This document shows, one piece after another, positions 49,601-61,140 of a stretch of DNA of 64,000 bases (positions are counted from its first letter, which is position 1; every line of letters begins with the position of its first letter). The DNA lies in contig CM052817.1 in the NCBI GenBank assembly GCA_028534125.1, forward strand, positions 44,456,001-44,520,000, in the 5' to 3' direction. Under the pieces are notes generated by a model. That model was not told the DNA's origin, made no database searches, and was given only the letters and a program-made list of their open reading frames with translations. This DNA is from Lama glama (Eukaryota). The position numbers and the translations under genes are program-made.

Positions 49601-52600
49601 TTAAAAAAAAAAAGAAAATTTGCCAGAAATAGGATTCTCTGAGAGAAAAGGCCATCTAACATAATATCAGAGCCAAGGTCAATGGAAGATGCATTCAATA
49701 CCCATGTTGTTTGTGTGTGCCAAGCACACTTTCGATTTACCTAATGGAGGAAGTAAGAGTATCGAATGCTGGATTACTGCCTTCACCTTTACCACTTCTC
49801 CCCAGGAGCCCTCAAGCAGGAATATCGGCTAATAGGAAGCACAGGCCAAGGCAGCCCTCACTTACGGATTTTGCTGCCTTCTCGAGTTTTGGGTCCTGAG
49901 TCTGGGGAACATCAGACAGAGCCAGGCAGCCGCCCTTGCTTAGCACCATATCCAAAACAGGTCAGCCACAAGATAGGTACAGGAGGGGAGGACAGCCCAG
50001 AGGGAAAAGGAAGAGGCTCTTACTCATCATCCACTCAGAGCTGGCACTGGTTATAAAAACAACAGAACTCCCCCGTGCAGAAGCACCTCCCCGCCACCTT
50101 GCCGCATCACCCATTTGCAGTAATAGGCTCTGCTCTGGGCATGAAAGGGAAGAGAGCTGGGCGAGTGGAAATGGCCAGCAGGCAGGAAGCAAACAAGACC
50201 CCAGGTACTTTCAGAAACATTCATTTCGTGGAGGTGGGGAGTGGGGCTTGGTGTTTCCAGGGGCTCTTCAACAAAATACACCTCCCTCAAGAGTAGGGAC
50301 CGTGGAGTTTACACATGGATTTATTAGGTACTCAGTAAATGGCCATGGGCTTCTGTTTAGAATGTCTCCCTATAACCAGAACCTCCTGCCAAAGGCGTGA
50401 GAAGTTCTTTGAGACCCAAGTTAAGGGAGTTTCTGAGACCCCCTCCGAGATCTGGCTTCTGGCTGCTTCAACAGTCCCGCCTTAGAAATGTGTGTGGTGG
50501 GAGGAGGGGCAGAGGGTGCTGATTCTCCCTCTCTTCCCCCAAAGCCCCTTTTAGTTTCTACAGAGGCAAGGGCTTTGAGGTCATTGGAGTTCTGGGTTGG
50601 TCTGTGTCACTCATGACCTAATGCCCCTCCCTCCCCAAGAGGTTAGGTCACTTTTCAGGTTGGTGAAATCTGTAGAGTCTTCAGAAGCAGTAACCACACC
50701 ACTTCTCTTGATCTGATCCTGGAGGCCCACTCCTAGGGTCAGGCTGCAGGGGAAGATTTGAAGGGGCCATTCCATCACTATCTTTTTGAATTTGCTTTAA
50801 AAACAAAAACAGCTGTATCACCTTATTCCTCAAGGTAATTTTAAAGCTTTGCAGAAGAAGACTCAGAAGAAAAGGAGAAGGGATGGTCTTCACAGATGAT
50901 TCATGCTATTTAAAGTGTTGGACCCACTTGGCTGGACCTATTGCATGCGCAAACAATGAACCTGTAACTAGGTTCTCTGAAAGGAGATTTTGACTATATA
51001 TATTTTTTATTCCTTTAACTTAACATTTATGCCCAGAGGATAAAGGCAACCCATGAACTGAAAATATCCTGTAACCAATCAACTGACCAACCTCTCTTTC
51101 TAGGCGTAAATATAAACATACAATATCAGACAATTCATTTCTGAAGTTTCAATATGATCAGTGCTATTAAAAAAATTAGGATGGATCAAAGTAGAGGTTG
51201 AAGTCTCTTGTTGACTCACCTAACAGGCTTGGCAAAAGCTTTCTTTGACGTTCCCAAGACAACCTCTGAGGCATCTAGCTCCCAGTCATTCCACCCAACC
51301 TCCAATCCCAGGGTGGGTGGGTGGTATCACTGAGTTCCCCTGGGCTATCTAGATGCCACTCATTGCAGAGATTCAGAGTCATTAAATCCTGCCAGACCTG
51401 ACCTGGAGACCTGGGAGGGGAAATGCATTACAGAAGAGGTGCTGAACCCAGAACCTGGCATACTCCTTTCAAGTCCTCAGCTTTGACTCAGGATCCCTAG
51501 GTCTCGTAACGAGGGTGTTTCCTCAACTGCAAAGGATTGAATGAGTTTCATCTCACTTCTGACCGAGGATGTTCCCACCACCTCTAAAGCCTGGAATCAA
51601 CCTCAAAAGACATAGATTTGTCATCAGGGGCAGAATTTTCCACCTTCATAGTTTGTTTCTCATTTAGCAAGTCTCTCATTGGGCAAAGGGGACAGTGACT
51701 GTGAGGCTGACATCAGCTCCTAAAGCCCCTGAGCATCTATCTTTGCAAAATAACATCACCCCCTGTAGAGGCTACAAGAAGAAAAGAAACATTGAATTTC
51801 ACACAAGAAAAAGAAAAAAGAAGCCTGAGTTACTCAGACTAGTCTCTTTTTTGAAACTTTTCCTTTCCCTAAACATAATGATTTTTCTGTTGTCCGCTGT
51901 TTTTCCTACCAAGGTTCTGTTCCTGATTATATTACAAGGCCAAGCCCTTAATCCTTATGCTTTCATTAGACCTAGAAAAATAATGCGAAACAGAGGAGCT
52001 TCCTCTAGTGCACATGCAAGTGTTTGGGTTCGACCCCTCCAGACCCATCTTTCCATGACATAGGATGCTCATGCAGAAAAGCACTGTAATATTTTCTTTC
52101 TTTTGAAAACTACCGGTTACTTAAAGAAAATTGCATATTTTATGGAATTATCTTTTCTCCCATCCAGGAGTGGATTCAAAGACTATAATTCTTGGGAAAT
52201 TATAGGCAAACAGGATTGCTAGGCACATTAGGAAAAGTGACTTTAAATTGGCAGTAATTTCAGGAATGAAGTAAAAGACTGCTTCTGAGTCTCTACTTGT
52301 ACCTTATTAGAAAAAAGCTACAAGGGATGTCCATTAAATCACTATCAGCTTGTTTCTCCTTGGGTTCCTAATGGTTGGCGTATTTGTGAAACAGGTAGAG
52401 AGTAATGAATTCCCCTCAAAATCAAAAATAAAATGTTGTACATCCTCACTTTCCTTTTGGAAAGCTTTTTAGAATTTTGGTATCTGACGGCTAGTTAGTT
52501 CAATGAGAGATTCGTTGCTTTTATTATCTTTAAGACAGCCTCTCATTTTGGGTGTGGTCAGAGCGAAAAGATCAGCATTTCTGGAGGAGTAATCAGCCTT

Positions 52601-53570
52601 AGGAGGAGTCCTTGTCCTTTAAGTTAGAAGAGCCCAGCAGGTCACTGGAAGTGCCCTAGACTGGAATTGTTTTTGTTGTCCTAATCTGAAAAATGACAAC
52701 ATAGAACACAGCCAAAGGCATGCGGCATTTTATTATGGGTGATGCAGCTTTAATTGGTATGTCAAAGGCGTGCCTGTGGAATTAGTCCTTGGAATATTGG
52801 CCAATCAGAGCACTCTCAACATTTCTCAATGTTCAGTTTCATCTTATAATTAAGTAACAATGATCACTTCCTGGCCGCTAATGACTGGCTGGAGGAGTTA
52901 GAAGCCTCATTATGTTTATAATTTATCAAATTTTAAGCTCTTCAGCTGCAGGGTTGCAAAAGAGAAAGCACCCTAAAATTCCGAAGATTAAAGACAATCT
53001 CCAACCATATTTCACATGTGTGAGCATTAACTTGCTCTTCAAAGGCTGACTTCGTTATTTTCTGAATTTTTAAAAAGGCAACCACGTACTGTTACATAAG
53101 CAGGAAAATGTGACTTTGATAGAAATGTGTTCAACTATGTTAATACACAAACACACCCACACACTAAAATAGAGTTGAGAGCCCATGTTTCCTTTAAGGC
53201 TCTTTTTGTGACAGTTCCACACCCCTGACTATTAATTCCAGCAATAGCATCTTCTACATTTCTAGCCCAATGCATTACAACTTTTATGCAATTTTGTACC
53301 AGCACTGGTCATCAAATGTCAACTGTTTTTCCTTCCTGGAATCTCCTTTCCACATGCCTTGAGATTAAAGGATGTTGGTTAAGGAGCAGGATTCTGGAGC
53401 TCCCAGGCTGCCTGGGTTACCGTCCTAAACTGCCATGTAAACATGGTTTTTGGTATTTGGGTGAGAAGAAAAGGAGTGAGATAAAATTTCAAATTTTGCT
53501 GATATACAAGCATTTCCTAACTTAAGTACAAACTGTGTTGCAAGATTTCAATTATAAATTAGTTACCTAG

Positions 53571-53682
53571 GGGTGGGATGAGGAGTATAGCTCAGTGGTA
53601 GAGTGTGTGCTTAGCATGCAAAAGGTCCCAGGTTCAATTCCCAGTACCTCCACTGAAATAAAATAAAATAAATTTTAAAAAC
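53571..53682 (+). mobile_element. Camelid tRNA-Ala-derived SINE (vic-1 type, short form)
   Basis: GTATAGCTCAGTGGTAGAGTGTGTGCTTAGCATGCAAAAGGTCCCAGGTTCAATTCCCAGTACCTCC with an (AAAAT)n tail. TSD aaattagttacctag (53556-53570) / aaattagctacctgg (53683-53697). Confidence 0.9.
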
Positions 53683-54089
53683 AAATTAGCTACCTGGATT
53701 TTAGAGAAGGCAGTGTGACTTGATTGAAAGGGATGATGACAGCCCCTACCACAGGAGGGAAGGATTGAGGTATTACAGCTCTAGCAGCACATGAAGAGCT
53801 CCATAAATGCTGGGTTTTAATTGTTACCACCTTATGTTCTACTTGGGTTTTGCTGCAGGAAACAGACCTGAGAAACTAGTGTCAAAGAATGATTAGCAGC
53901 AATGTCGGTGAACACCAGGGTGACTCCATGAAACTTTAATCCCCGCAAGTAGACACAGTGGATCAAATTTCCTAGGAATGTATATTCGTTTTAATTCACC
54001 ATTCTAAAACCTTCGATTAGGAGCCTCCCCAGCAATCCCGGTTATAGTTCTACCTCATTACCAAACCCCTTGCTACAAGGGTGATAGAA

Positions 54090-55505
54090 GCCACACATGT
54101 TCATAAATTGTCTGCACTTACCTCCATCTCATCATCACCCGTTGTCTCCTGAACCCACTGCAGTCCAGCTCTCACCCTCATCGCTCCCTGGCAACCACTC
54201 CTGTCAAAGTCCCATCATCCTCTGCTTGATCGTCTCCTGGGCTCCCTGAGCAGCAGCATTCACCACAGGTGACTATCCCCTCCTAAAGAAACACTTTTGT
54301 TTCTTGACTTCCACACCAGGCCCTCCTGGGTTTTGTCTCCTTCCCCAGCTCACTGACAGTGGCTTCTCAGTGGGCTTTGCCGGGTCATCCTCCTCTCAAG
54401 GTTGATGCGCCCAGGGTTTGGTCGTCCCATCTTTCCCGTATCTACAGTCCCTCTGGTGAGTGAATCAGGTCCCTTGAGCTCAAATACGGTTTAGATGTTG
54501 TTGACACTCAACTTTCTCTCCCTAGCTCGGATCTCTCCCCTGGACTCCAAACTCATTTATACAGCTCCCTGCCCAGATATCTGGTTGGTTTATCAAATAT
54601 AAGATGTTCGAAACAGAACTCTTGCTTCTGCTATTCCCTAGCACCCTCCACCCCCACCCTCCAAACTTGCTGCTCTCCAGTTTTCCCTATCTTAACTAAT
54701 GGTCCCCTTATCCCAATTGTACAGTCCAAACCCAGCACTCATCTTCATTCTTCTTGCCCTTAACCTTGTATTCAATCTGTCAGTAGGTCTGTTGACACTA
54801 TCTCAGAAATCTATCTCAAATCTCATCGCCTCTGCCACTCCCTACTACTGTCCTAGAACAAATGACTCTCACATCCTCAGGTTGGTACAAAGCTTCTTCC
54901 CTGCTCCTGCTCTTGCCTTTACATACTCTATTCCTCAAAAAGGAATCTCAGTGTTACTTCAAAGAAATAAATTTGATAATGTTGTTCCCTTGCCTAAAGT
55001 CCTCCCATGGCTTCACATTACACTTCAACTACAATTCAGTTCCTTGCTGTGGCCTGTGAGGCCCCATGTGATGGGAACCTGGCCTACCTTGGTCATGATG
55101 CGTCAGCCATGCTGACTTCTTTTCACTCCCTTCAACGTCCCAAGATTGTTCCCAACTCAAGGCCCTGCTCTTGACTTCTCCCTCTGCCTGGAATGCCCCA
55201 TACCTCCATGTGGCAGGCTCCCGATTCATGTTTCAGTTCAAAAGTCACCTGATCTTCTCTGAGCCTCCTACCCAAAGTAGCCCGCCAGTCTCTATCTCAT
55301 GACCCTGTTCTCTTTACTTCACAGCACGTATTACTATCTGCAATTATCTTCTTCATTTATTTACTTGTTTATTATCTATGTGACCCCATGAGAATGTAAA
55401 CAAGTAACTCACCTATCTTAGTTACCACTGCATCTCCCATGTAGAAGGAACTGCCTGCCATTTGGTGGGTACTCTATAAATAGCTCTTGAATGAATGAAT
55501 GATCG
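54090..55505 (+). mobile_element. L2 remnant (long)
   Basis: Pyrimidine-rich L2 body (CCCACTGCAGTCCAGC, CTCCCCTGGACTCCAAACTCAT, CCCTCTGCCTGGAATGCC) ending in TGAATGAATGAATGA. Confidence 0.8.
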
Positions 55506-56129
55506 CTAAGTGTGATAGCAATTTGCAAATTATATATAATGACCCATTGGAACTCAACAGCCAATCCAAAAATTCACCAATAGCTAAGAAAGGGCAGGAA
55601 TCAGGGGTAAATTGAAGTGGAGTAGATGTCTGACTGCAGTCCACAATCAAATAATAATTATGCTCAATTCTGTTCTTTTGGCCCTTCCCAGGCATCTCCA
55701 GTTCATCATCAAGAATCATCAAAAGCTGATAGCACAGTAACCCACACTTTCTTTCTTTTCCTCCCTCCTCTAGTTTCCAGACTAGATTAGATGAAAAAAA
55801 AAAAAAAAGATTCCTTCTACACCCCAGCTCCCTATAATCCAAAAACCATGCCCCATTTTGGGTTGTTTTGTTGTTTTTGGCCCCCCCCCAAACCTGGCCT
55901 GAATAACTCAGAAGGTGCTTTCCAACTCTCCCTTGGAGAGCAGGTCGGCTGAACTTTACACTGTGGCTTCTTACAATCAAGGATGCAGGTGCTGCTAGAG
56001 CGAACGCATAGGAGAGCTCTGCTCCCTGCTTCTGCTTTAAAGGAAAGAGTTGGTGGCAGAAATGATCTTTGACTTTCCCTCTCTGCCTTTCCTGTTCTGT
56101 CTAATGAAACTGTAAGTGCTCCAGATGGT

Positions 56130-56270
56130 GTAAAGAATAATACTGAGCTAGAAGGAGACGTACTCCTGGCTCTGCTGTAACCATTTACTATAGTTCGGGG
56201 CAAATTATTTACCTTCTCTGAGCTTCCCTTCTTCATCTGTAAAATGAGAAATTTTAGTAGATGACCTCTA
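56130..56270 (+). mobile_element. MIR core fragment
   Basis: GGGCAAATTATTTACCTTCTCTGAGCTTCCCTTCTTCATCTGTAAAATGAG. Confidence 0.65.
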
Positions 56271-56648
56271 GCTGTAACTGTGTATGGGGTGGAAATGTTC
56301 TGCATCCAGTAAATACAAAACAATGAAACTAACTGATGTACCTGGCTATGATTCGTGCTGTCCTACTACAGTCAAAAGACAACAGAAGGTGGGTCAACTT
56401 GGCCCAGAGGATTGGAAGGAGTCCTATATCATGGCCGCAGCTTCTAGAGATGGAATTTCCAGGAATTAGTGACTTCCCATGGGGATTTTTTTTTTATGGT
56501 TTTAAGACCCATAATGCGCCAAAGACCCCAAATTTCTATCCAGCCCAGTCCCCAATTCTAAACACCAGATTCATATACCCATCTACCTAGTCAGCACCTT
56601 CACCTGAGTCAGTGTGTATACTTAATTTAAAAAGTTTAAAATCTCTCC

Positions 56649-56962
56649 ATTCATCTATTGATGTGCACTTAGAATGCTTCTGTATCTGGGCAATTATAAA
56701 TAATGTCGCTGTTAGTAGTGGCGTGTATGTATCTTTTTGAATTAATTCTTATTTTGTGGTTGGCTTTATTCCTTTGATAACTATGGAAGTTTAAAAAGCT
56801 AAAGCTCTAAACGTTCTTAGAAACAATGAACAGTACATATATATAAATTTTAAAAAATATGTGCAGTATATTGTGTATATGTATTTACATGCAATATATT
56901 ATAAATGTGCAGTCAAATCATAACAATTCTACCTAATAAAATTGAAAATGCGAACAAAGAAA
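56649..56962 (+). pseudogene. Short L1-mediated retrocopy of a polyadenylated 3' end (orphan transduction or processed 3'-UTR fragment)
   Basis: Perfect 20-bp TSD aaaaagtttaaaatctctcc (56629-56648 / 56963-56982) at a TT/AAAA site. AATAAA at 56935-56940 is followed 12 nt later by an A-rich tail. Confidence 0.72.
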
Positions 56963-57601
56963 AAAAAGTTTAAAATCTCTCCCCAAAGCCCATTCAACTT
57001 GTCATCTTCTCCATCTCGGTGGATGGCTCAAGCCTAAAACCTTTACCCCTTTCTTTCTCTTGATCCACATTTAATCTTCCAGAAGGTCCTGTTTCCCAAC
57101 CTGCAAAATAAATCCAGAATCCAACAGTGTCTCACCCTTCCCACTGCTGTCATCCAGGCCCCATTATCATCTTGTTCCCGGATTACTGCCTGAGGCTCCC
57201 CATGGGAATTCCTTTTGCCCTTGCCTCCCATCCCCAGTCTTTTCACAACCAGAGCGATGCTTTTGAAACACTACTCAAGCCATGTCAGTCCCCTGCTCGG
57301 AACCCTGCAAGGTTTCCTCCTTTCCCTCAGAACAAAAGCTAAAGTCCCTACGATGGTCTGCAAGTCCTCATGCGCTCTATTCCTCCCCACCCACCCATCA
57401 CTGCTTCACTTGATCTGCTGCTCTTCCCCGCGACTCTGCTCCAGGCACAGCGGCCACCTTGCTGTTTTTAAACACACCAAGCATGCTCCTGCCTTAGGGC
57501 CTTTGCACAGAAGATTTCCTCTGCTCGGCATCCCCACAAATACTGCCCCTACTTCCTTCAAATATCACTTTTGCACTGAGGCCCACCCTGATCTCCCCCT
57601 T

Positions 57602-57829
57602 CACGTATACATATATTTTTACTGAAGTACAGTCAGTTTACAATGCTGTGTCAATTTCTGGTGCACAGCATCATGCTTCAGTCATACATGAACATATATA
57701 TATTTGTTTTCATATTATTTTCACCCTAAGTTACTACGAGATATTGAATATAGCTCCCTGTGCTAAACAGTATGAACTAGTTGTTTCTCTATCTTATATA
57801 TATTAGTTAGTATCTGCAAATCTTGAACT
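57602..57829 (-). mobile_element. Short L1 3'-end insertion nested in L2
   Basis: TTTTACTGAAGTACAGTCAGTTTACAATG...GTTAGTATCTGCAAATC. TSD ctgatctccccctt (57588-57601) / ctgatctcctcctt (57830-57843). Confidence 0.86.
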
Positions 57830-58356
57830 CTGATCTCCTCCTTTAAAATTACAACCCGCTCCCTTCCCTTCCTCCCTACCCCAGGCACTAATTCCTGATC
57901 CATTCTCTGCTCAGGCACTAATCGTTTAATATTCTTTGTAATGTAGTTATGTACTGTGAGCAATATTTATTGTCTATTCTCCTGCCCTAAATATTATCTC
58001 AGTAAAGGCATGGGTTCTGGTATGCTTTGTGCCTGGCACAAATCGACACTCAGTAAATATATGCTGAGTGAAATGAAGGAGTATCACCATGGGTTAGGAG
58101 CATCCCAATGTCTGTGCCCCTGCTGCACCACTTCCTAGAAAAGCTTGTCTAAGGTTTACTCAACACTGTCCAAATCCCCTCTTGGTTGATCCCATCCTAC
58201 TATCAAGAATCTCATGAGAGCCAACCTGTTCACTGAACGCCAACGGTGCATAATGACAATCATTCCCTTCTTTGATTTTAAGGCTATTTCCTCCACTAGC
58301 CATGGATTTCAGAAACAGGGAAAAACCTAGTGATCTAGAATCAGTTAGGGGAAGGA

Positions 58357-58507
58357 GGGGTGAGGGTATTGCTCAGTGGTAGAGAGCATGCTTAAGTTAG
58401 AATGCACAAGGTTCTGGGTTCAATTCCCAGTACCTTTCTAAAAATAAATAAATAAATAAATAAACCCAATTACCTCCCTGCTCCAAACAAAACAAAACAA
58501 AACAAAA
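58357..58507 (+). mobile_element. Camelid tRNA-Ala-derived SINE (vic-1 type)
   Basis: GGGGTGAGGGTATTGCTCAGTGGTAGAGAGCATGCTT...GGTTCTGGGTTCAATTCCCAGTACC, then (TAAA)n, CCCAATTACCTCCC and an (AAAAC)n tail. Confidence 0.88.
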
Positions 58508-58631
58508 TGTACTTACAATCAATTAATTTGCTAGTAGTGAAAAAAGTCACCAAATATTGTGCTAATATACGATCTAGGCTCCCTTCCTCCCTTCCCTTTC
58601 TCCTAACATCAACTTTAACTCAACATTTAAA

Positions 58632-58720
58632 TTTTTTTTTTTTAAATTGAAGTATAGTCAATTTACAGTGCTGTGGGGTTTTTTAAATTATTGAAGTATA
58701 GATGATTTACAGTGCTGTGT
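58632..58720 (-). mobile_element. Two tandem copies of the L1 extreme 3' tip
   Basis: TTGAAGTATAGTCAATTTACAGTGCTGTG and TTGAAGTATAGATGATTTACAGTGCTGTG, each preceded by a T-run. Confidence 0.7.
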
Positions 58721-59809
58721 CTACATTTTTTTTACATCTCACCATCTAAAAATTTTAAAGCTGTTTTTACATTTCATTGAGAAAATCATACCTATATTTT
58801 TAATGCCTTTTCATTAGACCTGTTAGTCTGCCCAACCGTCATAAAGCAAGAGTTGTAATTCCAAAAGGCCCGTCTGGAATCCAATACAGAACGGAGTGGA
58901 GTCACTTGAAAGGAGATTCCCATCAAAGGGGAGTTGCTAGTGTCAAGTTACAGTAATTCACTAGGTTCTGATATTTACAGCTTCTACAGGCTGGAGTCAA
59001 TCCCCCATCTTCCGAGTTTCCTTTGTTAATGAAAAGCAGTAAGACTTTTGCAAAACAGAGGAATGTATGTGCCCTAAATTTATGATAATCACAGGCCCTG
59101 ATAATTTAGTAAGATTGCTGATTTTGTTGGCAATAGACTTACAGAGAGCTTAAGACAGGTATTCTCCCTAAATCCTGGTTCCCTCCATCATCGTGTACAG
59201 AAAACAAGTAATAGAGCCACTACACCGGAGGGAATCTCTACCCAGTGGACACCTCACTGGCATGACTGTAAGACCTAAAACAGGTTTCTGAACAGGCTAG
59301 AGCTAATTCAGCCAGAAGTCCCCGAAGACATGGCTGATGGGCTGTATCTCATTCTGGAGTGTCTGACTCAGGCGCAGGTTTCAGACTGTTCTTAAGCTTT
59401 ACATGAACCCTAGGATCTGCCCCCTGCAGGCTGCTCTCCAGAAGCTCCTTGATTTACCTCCTGGGACTATTCAGGAAGTTGGGAGAAAGTATAAGATGGG
59501 TGAGCATGGCCCGTGTACTGTGACATGTCTACAGAATTCTGGGAAACACAATCACAGACACAACAGCCTGCCAATGACTGATCATTTTTTTGGACAGACT
59601 CCCAACAGTTTGAATTAAAATCCCAAAGTTCTGCAAACACTGTCTGTGGTTACAAATTCAAGAATGATAAGACAGTGATGCTGTAGGTAGCCACCATCAG
59701 CCACTGTGGCATCCTGGTAGGTACAGAGGACAGTATTCTACAATGATGTGTGCAGACATCCAAGGCCTGGGAAAACAATGGCGCTTTTATCATAAAGGAA
59801 AGATATTTA

Positions 59810-60020
59810 GTAGAGAATAGGGGCTTTGGGACAGATCAAATTTCAAAACCCAGATCTGCCACGTACCATGTGATCTTGGTCAAGGCATTTCACCTCTCTG
59901 AGCTTTAATTTCTTCATCTGTAAAGAGGGACAAAACCACCCACCTATCAGGGTTGTTGAGATGATCAAAGATTATGCAGATAAAATGCTTGGCATCAACT
60001 ATGCATAAATGGAAGCTACT
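59810..60020 (+). mobile_element. MIR
   Basis: TGTGATCTTGGTCAAGGCATTTCACCTCTCTGAGCTTTAATTTCTTCATCTGTAAA...CAGGGTTGTTGAGA. Confidence 0.72.
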
Positions 60021-60709
60021 TTAGGCTACCCAGGCTAAACAAGATTACATTTCTAAACTCCAGCAATTTCCTAATTATCATTTCTTAACTGCCAACAGTG
60101 TTACTGGAAATTTTTATTATTAGTACAACTTGGAGATAAATGGGAAGCAGTATTTGAGATAGACAGTGGGTATGTATATTTAAGAAAGAATAGTTAAAGG
60201 AAGAATAGTTTTGTCACTTTTTAGTGGAAATGCAGCAACGTGCAGAATTTGTGAAATTCAACTTATTTAAATGCCAACAATTACTGTTCAAACAAGTAGG
60301 ATTACTTTTAATGTAGCAGATGATCCTTTCTCACTAAAGAGGCAAATTTTAAAATAATCTCAACCTAGAAATGAAGAATCTCACAACCAACCATTTTTAT
60401 CACTAGAAGCATAGCTCACTGGCAGGGAGTGACTTTTCTTTCCTTGGATTTCCTAGGATTGCAGGTTACATGAGTGAGGGTTAGCCCGATGAAATGATCC
60501 TACACGTCCTCATCACAGCTCTTCCATGCTTCAGTCTGAAGTCTATATGATGCCACTCCTACTCTCAAACCACGAAGAGCTGACTCCTGCACAGATATGA
60601 AACACCCCAGGGTACCTTCTGCCCCTCTACTCACCTCCTTCATTAATAAAATGAAAGATCAAGGGATTTTTCTGCAGGTGAAGTAAGCTGAGTGGCACTC
60701 AGACTCAAC

Positions 60710-61140
60710 AGAGTCTTCAACAAAGATTTAGTGCCCACCTCCTCTATGCCAGGCACTGTGCTAGGCTCTGAGCGGTACAGCAGTGAACAAAACAGTCCTT
60801 GCTCCCAAGATGATTAGAGTCTAAAGGGGAAGACAAAGAAGTTTACAACACCATGTAGTTGGTCAGTGGGTAAACAAAGATATGATATGATAAAGATACT
60901 CACCAGCTTTAGGGAGGGGAGGACAAGCATTCTAGAGAAGTAGCCTGGGCCAAGGGAGGAAGAGAAAGCCAAGTATGCTCAGGCACTGGAAGTGGATGGC
61001 ATGCGGAGCAGGAAAGAAAGCAGGGCTTCTCTGGTCAGATTTGAGGCTGGAGAGGAAAATCCTGCACACTGTGTATAAATCTTGCCTTTTATCTTGAAGG
61101 CAATGTGCAGCAATTAGGGCTTTCAGTAATTCAAGAGGAA
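60710..61140 (-). mobile_element. L2 remnant
   Basis: TTCAACAAAGATTTAG...CTATGCCAGGCACTGTGCTAGGCTCTG...CAGTGAACAAAACAG. Confidence 0.7.

Larger units (their letters stand above)
56510..58078 (+). mobile_element. L2 remnant interrupted by two later insertions
   Basis: CCTGCAAAATAAATCCAGAATC, CCTTAGGGCCTTTGCAC, and 3' end GTGCCTGGCACA...CTCAGTAAATATATGCTGAGTGAAATGAA. Confidence 0.78.

Noticed and set aside
54699..56323. 138-168-aa ORFs
   Set aside because: They overlap L2 or MIR remnants, or a homopolymer run, and look like chance open frames.
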